Origin: Micavibrio sp.
GTDB lineage: Bacteria > Pseudomonadota > Alphaproteobacteria > Micavibrionales > Micavibrionaceae
Direction: 5' to 3'
Length of the DNA: 64,000 bases
NCBI GenBank assembly: GCA_021604545.1
Contig: BQJE01000001.1
Span: 43,444 to 107,443, forward strand
The translations under genes were made by a program, and so were the position numbers. How positions within the stretch are numbered: the stretch's first letter is position 1; every line of letters starts with the position of its first letter. Below are positions 27,464 to 36,187 of this stretch, one piece after another. The notes beneath the pieces are model-generated. The model worked only from the letters and a program-made list of their open reading frames with translations. It was not told where the DNA came from and ran no database searches.

Positions 27464-28684
27464 TTAATTTACAGTAGCTTCGACTTTTCCCTCAGGTTCT
27501 TCAAGTTCTTCTTCTTGTGGCTTTGTTTGTGACTCTGAAGGGTTCTGACTTTTTTGCGACACTTCATTCACTTTGTCTGGATGAAATTCTATTAAATTCA
27601 TCGTTTTGTCTATCAAAGTTGATGTTGCTAATGGCTTGGTGCTTATGATTTCCTGTACGACCATATAGTTTTTAGCAAAAAATACACGCAAACGTGCAAA
27701 ATTAGCGTGCAGTGCTTTTGATGGTGGATTAATGTTCATTTCAGTTTCAAGAATCATATGATTTTCTGTTGGAGTCTTTGTAAATTGGAACGTTGAGGAA
27801 TCTCGTTTGTATTTTGAAACATGTTTGTCAAACAAAACTTTTTTGACATTGGCCATAGATAATTCTTGATTGAATTTATAGCCATGCACGCGATAGAAAA
27901 TTTTATGACCCCAGACCGGGTCATAAAATGTCTGACTTATAAGTTCTGAATTTTTAGAGGCCGCCTTAATTCTAGGCTCTTTCATGACGTAAGGAGGTGC
28001 TGGGTGTGGCAAAAAGACAGTGAATAATCCCATGGGTGATGTGTGGGTTCCCCAGTCTCCCCCCAACTTTCCTTCAGTGTAGCTAAGGCCGTCTCTAATC
28101 AAAAGGGTCTTAAAAAACTTCTTTGCCTGGTAGCCATACAAAATATGTTCGTCACCTGTGAGGGATTGTTCCACTCTTGTGGCGTCCGTATATAATATTC
28201 TTACTCTTGTGCTTCGCGCGCCCATATCAGGGTCTTCGTAGGAGATCTGAAGTTCGGCTCCTGGTTTGCCATTAAAATACTTCAACTCTTTGTTCTTTAT
28301 GACTGCATTCATGTCGATGTAACGATTCGTATAGTTTTGAATTTCATAATTGAGAAAGGTCTCAATCTGGTCATACGTGAGAGCAGGACCTATGGTTTGG
28401 TCAATCTTAATGAGATAACTTTTGAAGGTGTCTTTAAATCTGCGTTGATCCACAACGGATATTGCTGTGCTGCTGTTGGCAATGCGCTCATCATCAATGC
28501 GGAAGCTGCTTGTCTTCGTGTCAAATTTGTTGGCTGCCCGAACATCAAATATCCCGGTATCTGATTTGTAAAGAATCCATTTGATGTCGTCGGCATTCGC
28601 AATAGAAACGCCCATTGAAAGCCCTGCAATTATTACAAGCGCCAGTATTTTTCTTTTTAACAGAGTGTTGTTTTTGATCATCAT
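27464..28684 (-). CDS. Secreted hypothetical protein (AT-rich orphan)
   Basis: I chose the start at MMIKNNTLLKRKILALVIIAGLSMGVSIANA, a signal peptide with an AGGGG RBS. A spot count gives ~38% GC. The C-terminal tail is acidic and low-complexity. Confidence 0.55.
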   Translation of the reverse strand: MMIKNNTLLKRKILALVIIAGLSMGVSIANADDIKWILYKSDTGIFDVRAANKFDTKTSSFRIDDERIANSSTAISVVDQRRFKDTFKSYLIKIDQTIGPALTYDQIETFLNYEIQNYTNRYIDMNAVIKNKELKYFNGKPGAELQISYEDPDMGARSTRVRILYTDATRVEQSLTGDEHILYGYQAKKFFKTLLIRDGLSYTEGKLGGDWGTHTSPMGLFTVFLPHPAPPYVMKEPRIKAASKNSELISQTFYDPVWGHKIFYRVHGYKFNQELSMANVKKVLFDKHVSKYKRDSSTFQFTKTPTENHMILETEMNINPPSKALHANFARLRVFFAKNYMVVQEIISTKPLATSTLIDKTMNLIEFHPDKVNEVSQKSQNPSESQTKPQEEELEEPEGKVEATVN

Positions 28685-28732
28685 CTCGGGACCCCTTTTC
28701 ACCTCTATGATAACAGAATTAGACCCTTAAAT

Positions 28733-28764
28733 AAAAAACTGCCGGAAAATTCCCGGCAGTTTTA
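28733..28764 (-). terminator. Rho-independent terminator of rpsU
   Basis: The stem ctgccgg/ccggcag has loop aaaattc. On the minus strand a T-run (tttttt) follows it. Confidence 0.75.
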
Positions 28765-28786
28765 AGCATTAAATCTTCTGTATAGT

Positions 28787-28993
28787 CTAGAAACCATCGC
28801 GATCGCGGCGCTTACGGTCCATTTTACGAGACCGACGGACGGCCTCCGCACTTTCGCGGGCCCTCTTTTCAGAAGGTTTCTCGTAATGGCGGCGCAGCTT
28901 CATCTCGCGGAAAATGCCTTCACGTTGCATTTTCTTCTTCAAGACCTTTAAAGCCTGATCAACATTGTTGTCACGTACACTGACACTGACCAC
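28787..28993 (-). CDS. rpsU: 30S ribosomal protein S21
   Basis: The 68-aa basic protein has the S21 signature [39 protein letters not shown]. Confidence 0.95.
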   Translation of the reverse strand: MVSVSVRDNNVDQALKVLKKKMQREGIFREMKLRRHYEKPSEKRARESAEAVRRSRKMDRKRRDRDGF

Positions 28994-29289
28994 AGTGCAT
29001 CACTCCATTCTAAGTTTAGTTGTTAAATTCCGGGCAATACGCCCGAAAAGCTTGTGTTTTCTATCATTCCACGCCGGGAATGCAAAGGAAAAAATATGTG
29101 TGCCCTCTATAATTCTAGGGTTTTTGGGCTGATTCTTCAAATTTTCACCCGTTTATGGGCTTTTTAGGGGTTTGGGGATGAAATATGGTCCCTTCATTGT
29201 GGGGGTTTAGGGCCTATGAGATACTTAATGTTCAAACGCCGGAACTCTCCGGTATTAGAGTAACATAGAGTATCAAAAGGGGATTTATC

Positions 29290-29973
29290 ATGAAAAAAGA
29301 AATAGCTGAATTTATCGGCACATTTACGCTCGTGCTTTTCGGGTGCGGGGCGGCGGTGATTGCCGGCGATGCCATTGGCATTTTAGGCATATCGCTGGCC
29401 TTTGGTCTGGCATTGATAGCCATGGCCTATGGCATCGGGCCTGTATCGGGATGCCACATTAATCCGGCGGTGAGCTTTGGCGCTTATATAGCTGGGCATA
29501 TGACCTTGCGGGAATTTATCCGTTATGCATTTGCGCAGTGTCTGGGCGCGATTGTCGGGGCGTTTATCCTGATGACCATCGCAAAAGGACAGCTGTCTGG
29601 TTATGACGTTGGTGCCTCGGGCCTTGGCCAAAACGGTTGGGGCGCGGATTATATGGGTGGCTACGGTATGCAGGCTGCGTTTATTTTTGAATTTCTAGCC
29701 ACCGCGATTTTTGTGCTGGTGATTTTGGGTTCAACCCAGAAAGATGGCGCTGGACATGTGGCTGGTTTGGCGATTGGTTTAACGCTTGCCGTCATTCATA
29801 TTGTCGGGATTAATATTACCGGTGTGTCGGTTAATCCGGCACGCAGTCTTGGGCCGGCCATTTTTGCCGGCGGTGATGCGATGGGGCAGCTCTGGCTGTT
29901 CGTGATTGCGCCGATGGCCGGGGCGTTGTTCGCGGCGGTTCTGGCCAAGATGGGCTGGCTTGAGGCTGAATAA
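29290..29973 (+). CDS. aqpZ: Aquaporin Z
   Basis: It has six transmembrane helices and two NPA boxes (HINPAVS, VNPARS). The N-terminus reads AEFIGTFTLVLFGCG. Confidence 0.93.
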   Translation: MKKEIAEFIGTFTLVLFGCGAAVIAGDAIGILGISLAFGLALIAMAYGIGPVSGCHINPAVSFGAYIAGHMTLREFIRYAFAQCLGAIVGAFILMTIAKGQLSGYDVGASGLGQNGWGADYMGGYGMQAAFIFEFLATAIFVLVILGSTQKDGAGHVAGLAIGLTLAVIHIVGINITGVSVNPARSLGPAIFAGGDAMGQLWLFVIAPMAGALFAAVLAKMGWLEAE

Positions 29974-30001
29974 ACCTTAACTAATTGTAAATACTTAAGA
30001 A

Positions 30002-30029
30002 AAGCGGCTCTTGAGGGGCCGCTTTTTTG
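30002..30029 (+). terminator. Rho-independent terminator of aqpZ
   Basis: The stem agcggc/gccgct is followed by tttttt. The listed TTG start at 30027 lies inside it. Confidence 0.7.
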
Positions 30030-30107
30030 CGTTTTGACTATGTTTCAAGGTATAATATTATGAATAACAATAAAGTGAAAAAACAAAGACTTAACGGTGG
30101 TGTGGAT
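30021..30107 (+). promoter_or_regulatory. Promoter/5'UTR module, copy A (paralogous to 31386-31469)
   Basis: Copy A reads gcttttttgcgttttgac...ggtataatattatg...aaagacttaacggtggtgtggatATG. It contains TATAAT at 30051-30056. Confidence 0.55.
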
Positions 30108-31385
30108 ATGGCAAATTATAAAGATTACGTCACATTTGATTCTAGTGTTACCAATTTACCGCCAGAAGAGCACGGCAAGATAGAGCAATCTCTAGGCGAG
30201 ATTGTAAGCACCCCGGAAGGCGAAGAACTTCTCAAAAACGCAGCGAGCAAAACTCCAAATGGCAAAGTCATATTACGTCATGATAAAAACGGTGATACAG
30301 AAACTAATTATGAAGAAGGTTCAGTTACGATAGGAAAGCAAAGTTATGGGGGCGAATACTGGAGTCCCAAGAATGGCAAAATAGATGAAGGGAGTTATCC
30401 GGATGACCCAAGTGTTGATGAAACGAGAACTGCTAGTTTTAAACCCCTGAGTTTACAAAGAGCTTTGGTGCATGAATTAAAGCACACTGAAAAAGAGCAT
30501 CATCCAAACGATGGACGTCTTGAATTTGCTAGCGAAGCAGAAACCATAGATGAGACAAATGATTATATGGCCAAATACTACGGCGAGCCACCTAGAGATA
30601 TATATGGTCATGGGAAAGCGAGAATTGCAGAAGGCGCAGAAACTCGTGATTGGGATTACGGTCAAGAAGTGGAGCCGGAGCAAACTCCTCTCTTATATAG
30701 TGAGAATTTTAAACCAGAAGGATATAGTGATGCGCCTTCTGCTCCTAGTCAGGATTCTAACGAAAACGGACTTGATGAAATCAGTAGTGGTGTTGATCCC
30801 TCTGTTTTGGCGATGGTTGATGGTGGTGAGAATCAGGTGCCCTCTACAGAAAATCCTTCTGTTTCCCAAACTTTCAATGCAGTTGCTCCGGCGGTAGCCG
30901 GTGGTTTTGAGAATAGCGCCGCGCAACCTGCTGTTGCGGTAATACCCACTGATCAGACTGTGCGGGATAATGCCGATATCCAGATGGCTGAGGCAAGGCC
31001 GGAGCTTTTTAAAACGGCCTACAAAATTGAGGCGGGCGATCCTGTCACCCCAGAGGAGCAGGGTGATGTTGCGGAATTTGTGCACGGAGTTCACGCCAAT
31101 ACGCACGGTATTCCTGAGAACCCGCAGGTTGTCGCTGCTGTTCGTCGTGATGTGGAAACTGCCGGTGGTGATATAAGTTTTAACCAGCTTGTCGATCATA
31201 CGATTCATCAAAGTAATGCCGATGGCATTCAATCCAGCGCGGAAGTGGCAGAAAACTCGCAGATTGTTCAGGCGAAGGTAGATGCGGTTAATAATGCACC
31301 GGGTCAGAATCAATCGGGGCCGCAACAGGCTGTCGGGGAGCTGGCCATGGCCGGGGCTTCTCCTGACACAATGAAAATGGGCTAG
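30108..31385 (+). CDS. Orphan protein with an HExxHxxxxxH zinc-metalloprotease-like motif and a shared C-terminal module
   Basis: I chose the start at MANYKDY by homology of the upstream module with the next gene. The zinc motif is VHELKHTEKEHH. The C-terminal ARPELFKTAYKIEAGDPVTP...MKMG* parallels the neighbour. Confidence 0.6.
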   Translation: MANYKDYVTFDSSVTNLPPEEHGKIEQSLGEIVSTPEGEELLKNAASKTPNGKVILRHDKNGDTETNYEEGSVTIGKQSYGGEYWSPKNGKIDEGSYPDDPSVDETRTASFKPLSLQRALVHELKHTEKEHHPNDGRLEFASEAETIDETNDYMAKYYGEPPRDIYGHGKARIAEGAETRDWDYGQEVEPEQTPLLYSENFKPEGYSDAPSAPSQDSNENGLDEISSGVDPSVLAMVDGGENQVPSTENPSVSQTFNAVAPAVAGGFENSAAQPAVAVIPTDQTVRDNADIQMAEARPELFKTAYKIEAGDPVTPEEQGDVAEFVHGVHANTHGIPENPQVVAAVRRDVETAGGDISFNQLVDHTIHQSNADGIQSSAEVAENSQIVQAKVDAVNNAPGQNQSGPQQAVGELAMAGASPDTMKMG

Positions 31386-31469
31386 GCTTTTTTGTGTTTT
31401 TACACCGTTTTGTAGTACAATATTATGTATATAAAAATAGAAAAAATAAAGATTTAACGGTGGTGTGGT
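31386..31469 (+). promoter_or_regulatory. Promoter/5'UTR module, copy B
   Basis: Copy B reads gcttttttgtgtttttac...gtacaatattatg...aaagatttaacggtggtgtggtATG. It is alignable to 30021-30110 over its whole length. Confidence 0.55.
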
Positions 31470-33221
31470 ATGGGTAATGTTTCCGACAAGTATAAAGATC
31501 AGCCGGCTATTACTATCACGACTGATCCCGTTGATTTGGAATTTGGTGCTGTCGATCGCGCCATATCCTACCGCCATATCCTTGATACTGGCAAGATACC
31601 GCAAAATATAGAAGGCAGCCAATTTGATCAGTCTCGGGGCACAGATACATGGGATCCTCATGCTGATGATGCCTTCAACCGGGCTTTGAAAACGATAGAA
31701 GAAAAAGTATTGCAGGAGATTGAAAGCTCGCCGGAGATGCAGGGGCTTTTATCTAAAGAAACATGGGGCAAAGAGGATCGTGTTTCATGGGAGAGTTTTG
31801 TAGCGGAAAGCGTTACCAAGCATACGCAATCTGTGCCTGGCTTGGATGAATACAGAGAGTTTAATGGGCAGAAAACAGTTCATTTGAACGATTTGTCGAA
31901 AGATATAGAATATAATTCAGACAAAAACCTTCATGGTCATGGCTTTGAGTTTAACTGCCGGATCATGACGTTGACAAAAGGTATTGTTTTGCAGCGCATA
32001 GAGGACCATCAGGATCCGGATGGAAGTTATCTTTTGCCCAGGCAATCATCAGGCCCAGGTGATTATAAGGCAGCTACCGATTATCGTTATATGGAAGGAG
32101 ATGTTGCTTTTGGACCTCCCAGCCGTGAAAGCCAATCAGGTCACGGTTATATTATGTCACCTGAAACGGGGAGTATTATTGAATCTACAGGTGATAAGGA
32201 TGTATATCAAAAAAATTACAGTCTCAATGGAGGTGGTTTTGAGACGGCTTTAAAGGGGATACCAATTATAACCGAAAGTCTTGTGCCAGATGAGTACTAT
32301 GTATATAGCAGCGGTGACACAATTGTATTGGACCCGGAGTATGTCGCCGCCCAGATGGAGGGTGCTCTTGCCTTTGCTGAGAGTACTTCAGGAAAGATGC
32401 TTGTCTCTCTCGAAACGAACGGTGTTAGAGATATCGCGCAGACGCGAGGGCATTGGGAAAGCGCATTTAAAAGACTAGGCGAATTAGATAACCATCCGGA
32501 CATAGCAGCAGCAGTTCAGGAATCTTTTTACCAAAATTTTATTGTCCCTTTGGAAAAGGCAGATCTAAAAAACGCGGATATGTCGGATAAAGGCGATTTT
32601 AAGCAAAAAACCCTGGAGTGGGCGCAGGAGCAAATGCACAAGCTTGAGGAAATTATTGAGCCGCAATCTGACAAAGAGATGGCTAAGAGCAATCAAACCA
32701 AAATCGCCCACGAAATCAACCCGGAAGAGATGGCAATGATCTTGCCTGGAGGGAATGACGTGGCGGCGCAACCAGATGCCATGGTGCTCACTCATAAGGG
32801 CGTGATGGACGCGGTTGATATCAATATTAATGAAAGGCCGGAATTGGTGGAAACAGTTTATCACTGGCAGACAGATGATCCATCAATTATCCCCCTGCAA
32901 GAAAAGATGGCCGTGATGGGGTTTGTGCAGGAAACTTATGAGCAGACTTATACAGCCGAAGCCGGTCCTCTGCCAATGGAAAATATGCAGGCTGGCTTAC
33001 AGACCATGGAGAACACAAATTTTACCGATGCCCAGAATGTTATGATTGCGGAACTCAATGTTGCGAGTGGCGTTGAAAATTCGCCGGAGTTGGTAGCGCA
33101 GCTTCAGGATTTCCGAGAAAAAGCCGATGCCATACAGCAAGCTGAGAATATTCTAAGGACCGGTGGGGCTGAGACGCATGAAATGGTGCTGACAAGTTCG
33201 GACGGCATAAAAATCGGTTAG
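31470..33221 (+). CDS. 583-aa orphan protein sharing the C-terminal module with the preceding gene
   Basis: The C-terminal ERPELVETVYHWQTDDPSIIP...IKIG* matches the neighbour. I recognised no catalytic motif. Its stop overlaps the convergent yejF stop by 4 nt. Confidence 0.6.
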   Translation: MGNVSDKYKDQPAITITTDPVDLEFGAVDRAISYRHILDTGKIPQNIEGSQFDQSRGTDTWDPHADDAFNRALKTIEEKVLQEIESSPEMQGLLSKETWGKEDRVSWESFVAESVTKHTQSVPGLDEYREFNGQKTVHLNDLSKDIEYNSDKNLHGHGFEFNCRIMTLTKGIVLQRIEDHQDPDGSYLLPRQSSGPGDYKAATDYRYMEGDVAFGPPSRESQSGHGYIMSPETGSIIESTGDKDVYQKNYSLNGGGFETALKGIPIITESLVPDEYYVYSSGDTIVLDPEYVAAQMEGALAFAESTSGKMLVSLETNGVRDIAQTRGHWESAFKRLGELDNHPDIAAAVQESFYQNFIVPLEKADLKNADMSDKGDFKQKTLEWAQEQMHKLEEIIEPQSDKEMAKSNQTKIAHEINPEEMAMILPGGNDVAAQPDAMVLTHKGVMDAVDININERPELVETVYHWQTDDPSIIPLQEKMAVMGFVQETYEQTYTAEAGPLPMENMQAGLQTMENTNFTDAQNVMIAELNVASGVENSPELVAQLQDFREKADAIQQAENILRTGGAETHEMVLTSSDGIKIG

Positions 33222-34837
33222 GCTTTTTTCCGCGCTTTCAAATTCAACGCCGCATCCATCAGCGTTTTTGTATATTCCTGTTTTGGATTGTTAAAAATTT
33301 CATCAGCCGGGCCGGATTCAACAACCTTGCCGTCTTTCATCACAATCAAATCATGGGCCATGGCGCGGACGACGCGTAGATCGTGGCTGATGAACATATA
33401 GGCGAGGTCATGCTTTTCCTGGAGCTCGCGCAGCAGATCAACAATTTCCGCCTGAACTGATACATCAAGCGCTGAGGTCGGTTCATCCAGCACAACAAAC
33501 TTTGGATGCAGCACCATGGCGCGGGCGATAGAAATGCGCTGGCGCTGCCCGCCGGAAAATTCATGCGGATAGCGGTGGCGGGTGTCCGGGTCCATGTGCA
33601 CATCGTTTAGCGCCTGCACGACCAGATCATTGCGGTCGTTGTCATTAAGATCGCTGCGATGGAGTTTTAATCCCTCGCCGATGATTTGATTAACGCTCAT
33701 GCGTGGGGAGAGGGAACCGTACGGGTCCTGAAACACAATCTGCATTTGTTCACGTAAGGGACGTAGGTCTTTGCGTTTTAGGTTCGAGATGTCTTTGCCA
33801 TTAAACTCTATTCGTCCTTTGGAACCGAGCAGGCGGAGCAGGGCCAATCCGAGCGTGGTTTTTCCAGAGCCGGATTCGCCGACAACGCCGATGGTATGAC
33901 CCGCTTTGGCGGTGACATTGATATCATCGACGGCCTTGACCCAGTCGGTGGTTTTACCAAAAAAGTTTTTGGCTTTCGGGAAGTGGACTTTGATATTCGC
34001 GCCTTCGATGACTTTTTGTGAGCCGTCTTTGGGTGGTTTGGCGCGACCGGCAGGCTGTGCGGCCAGAAGCATTTTCGTGTATTCATGTTTTGGTTTATCG
34101 AACAGGATTTTGGTTGGTTCCTGTTCAACCAGCTTTCCATGTTTCATGACACAAACATCATCAGCCATTTTTTTCACGATAGAGAGATCATGGGTGATGA
34201 GCAGCAGCGACATATCAAGGCGGTCTTTGAGGTCCTGCAGCAGCTCCAATATCTGCGCCTGGATGGTGACGTCGAGGGCGGTGGTTGGCTCGTCAGCGAT
34301 CAGAAGCTCGGGGTTGTTGGCGAGCGCCATAGCGATCATGACACGCTGGCGTTGCCCGCCAGACAGCTCGTGTGGATAGGCGTTCAGGCGTTCTTTCATG
34401 CGCGGCAGGCCGACAAGCTCGAGCAGCTCTAACACGCGTGTATGGGCTTCGTCTTTGTTCATACCCTGATGAATGCGCAGGACTTCGGCGATTTGTTTTT
34501 CGATGTTGTGCAGCGGGTTGAGGGCACTTTGCGGTTCCTGGAATATCATCCCGATTTGCTGGCCGCGGATTTTACGCATGAAATTGTCGGGTTTGCCAAC
34601 GAGTTCTTCGCCTTCGAAGGTGATGGAGGATTTTTCGGTGTGACTGGCCAGTGGGTAGGGTAGGAGCTGCATGACTGATAAAGCCGTCACCGATTTGCCT
34701 GATCCGCTTTCACCAACCAGCGCCATCGTCTCACCTTTTTTGATATCAAAGCTGACATCATCGACAGCGAGAAACACGCCGGAGGGCGTTTTGAAATCGA
34801 CGGAGAGATTTTGAATTTTTAGAAGTGCGTCAGTCAT
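33218..34837 (-). CDS. yejF: Peptide/microcin C-type ABC transporter, fused double ATP-binding protein YejF
   Basis: It has two Walker A sites (GESGSGKS x2), two LSGGQRQR signatures and Dpp/Opp-type C-terminal extensions. Its start overlaps the argH stop by 4 nt. Confidence 0.88.
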   Translation of the reverse strand: MTDALLKIQNLSVDFKTPSGVFLAVDDVSFDIKKGETMALVGESGSGKSVTALSVMQLLPYPLASHTEKSSITFEGEELVGKPDNFMRKIRGQQIGMIFQEPQSALNPLHNIEKQIAEVLRIHQGMNKDEAHTRVLELLELVGLPRMKERLNAYPHELSGGQRQRVMIAMALANNPELLIADEPTTALDVTIQAQILELLQDLKDRLDMSLLLITHDLSIVKKMADDVCVMKHGKLVEQEPTKILFDKPKHEYTKMLLAAQPAGRAKPPKDGSQKVIEGANIKVHFPKAKNFFGKTTDWVKAVDDINVTAKAGHTIGVVGESGSGKTTLGLALLRLLGSKGRIEFNGKDISNLKRKDLRPLREQMQIVFQDPYGSLSPRMSVNQIIGEGLKLHRSDLNDNDRNDLVVQALNDVHMDPDTRHRYPHEFSGGQRQRISIARAMVLHPKFVVLDEPTSALDVSVQAEIVDLLRELQEKHDLAYMFISHDLRVVRAMAHDLIVMKDGKVVESGPADEIFNNPKQEYTKTLMDAALNLKARKKA

Positions 34838-36138
34838 TTAATTTTTAGGACTTTAAATATGTCATTCGTAATTCCAGCTTCGATCTTCTGCATATCTTTC
34901 AAATCAAGCTCGCTCAGTTTGCAGAATTTTTTCTCCGCCAGTTTGACGATTTTTCCGGTGACATGGTGGGCGTCCCTAAAGGGCAGGCCAAGCTCCATCA
35001 CCAGCCAGTCGGCCAGGGCCGTGGCGGTGGTATAGCCGTCCTCGGAGGCCTGGAGCATTTGATCGGTGTTAAAGGTGGCGGTGCCTAACGCGCCGTTCAT
35101 CACCTGCAGGCAGAGCTTGAGGGTGTCATAGCTATCAAAGGCGGATTCCTTGTCTTCCTGCATATCCCGGTTATATGTCAGTGGCAGACCCTTCATCATG
35201 GTCATGAGCTGCAGCAGATTGCCGGTGAGCCGTCCGGTTTTGCCCCGCACCAGCTCAGCCGAATCCGGGTTTTTCTTTTGTGGCATGATCGAGCTGCCAG
35301 TGCTCCATTGGTCGCTTAAAGCTACAAAGTTAAATTGTGTGGTTGACCAGAGGATAATTTCTTCCGTGAGCCGTGAGAGGTGCAATCCACTTTGCGCGCA
35401 GGAAAAAAGGAATTCAGCGACAAAGTCTCTAGCAGAGACAGCATCCATGGTGTTATCCATCGGTCTATCAAAGCCCAGCTTTTTGGCTGTGAAGTCCCGG
35501 TCTATGGGGAAGGGCGTTCCGGCCAAGGCGGCAGCGCCAAGCGGGCATTTGTTGAGCCTTTTGGCGCAATCCTGCAGCCGTGTTTTGTCCCGGTTCAGCA
35601 TATGCCAATAGGCGTCGAGGTGCTTTCCAAGGGTTACGGGCTGCGCGGGCTGTAGATGGGTAAAGCCGGGCATGACGTCTTTGGCATGTTTTTTTGAAAG
35701 GGCTTTGATTGTGGCTTGAAATACCTCAATTTCAGCGACTAAGTCGCTAATGGCATCCCTAATCCACATCCGGAAGCCAGTGGCGACCTGGTCATTTCTT
35801 GATCTGGCAGTATGAAGCTTGCCGGCAACATCACCAACTAGCTCTTTCAGCCGGGCTTCAATGTTCATATGGATGTCTTCGAATTCGGGCCTAAAGGGAA
35901 ATTTGCTACTTTGTAGCTCTTTTTCAACTTTGTTTAGGCCGTTAATAAGGGTATCAGCTTCTTTTTTGGTGATAATCTTTTGCTTTCCCAGCATTTCGGC
36001 ATGGGCTTTGGACAGGGCAATGTCGTGCGGCCATAGCCGCGCATCCACATCAATCGAGACATTGATCTGCTGCATAATATCGGTGGGTTTGGAGTCAAAG
36101 CGACCGCCCCACATTTTGTTCGCATCTTTTTTGGTCAT
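34834..36138 (-). CDS. argH: Argininosuccinate lyase
   Basis: The N-terminus is MWGGRFDSKP. It has the fumarate-lyase signature GSSIMPQKKNPD and TARSRNDQVAT. Confidence 0.95.
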   Translation of the reverse strand: MTKKDANKMWGGRFDSKPTDIMQQINVSIDVDARLWPHDIALSKAHAEMLGKQKIITKKEADTLINGLNKVEKELQSSKFPFRPEFEDIHMNIEARLKELVGDVAGKLHTARSRNDQVATGFRMWIRDAISDLVAEIEVFQATIKALSKKHAKDVMPGFTHLQPAQPVTLGKHLDAYWHMLNRDKTRLQDCAKRLNKCPLGAAALAGTPFPIDRDFTAKKLGFDRPMDNTMDAVSARDFVAEFLFSCAQSGLHLSRLTEEIILWSTTQFNFVALSDQWSTGSSIMPQKKNPDSAELVRGKTGRLTGNLLQLMTMMKGLPLTYNRDMQEDKESAFDSYDTLKLCLQVMNGALGTATFNTDQMLQASEDGYTTATALADWLVMELGLPFRDAHHVTGKIVKLAEKKFCKLSELDLKDMQKIEAGITNDIFKVLKIK

Positions 36139-36187
36139 GGGGTAGTTTTACCTCATAACGCACTGTAAGGCCAGATAATTTGAAGCT

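Noticed and set aside
30034-30056. TTGACT ... TATAAT as a canonical sigma-70 promoter for the first island-2 gene. The equivalent for the second gene is TTTACA ... TACAAT at 31399-31421.
   Set aside because: The hexamers are good, but the spacer is only 11 nt in both copies, against the canonical 16-18 nt. I therefore report only a conserved module containing a -10-like box, not a defined -35/-10 promoter.
30027-30107. The listed TTG start (MRFDYVSRYNIMNNNK...) for the 452-aa ORF.
   Set aside because: The start lies inside the aqpZ terminator T-run. The paralogous upstream module of the next gene places the true ATG at 30108, directly after ...ttaacggtggtgtgg.
30693-31661. A 322-aa minus-strand ORF spanning the end of the 452-aa gene, the intergenic module and the start of the 583-aa gene.
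   Set aside because: Its composition is Arg/Ile/Leu/Asn-rich shadow-frame sequence. It crosses a clearly duplicated plus-strand promoter/5'UTR module. The plus-strand genes have conserved starts and ends.
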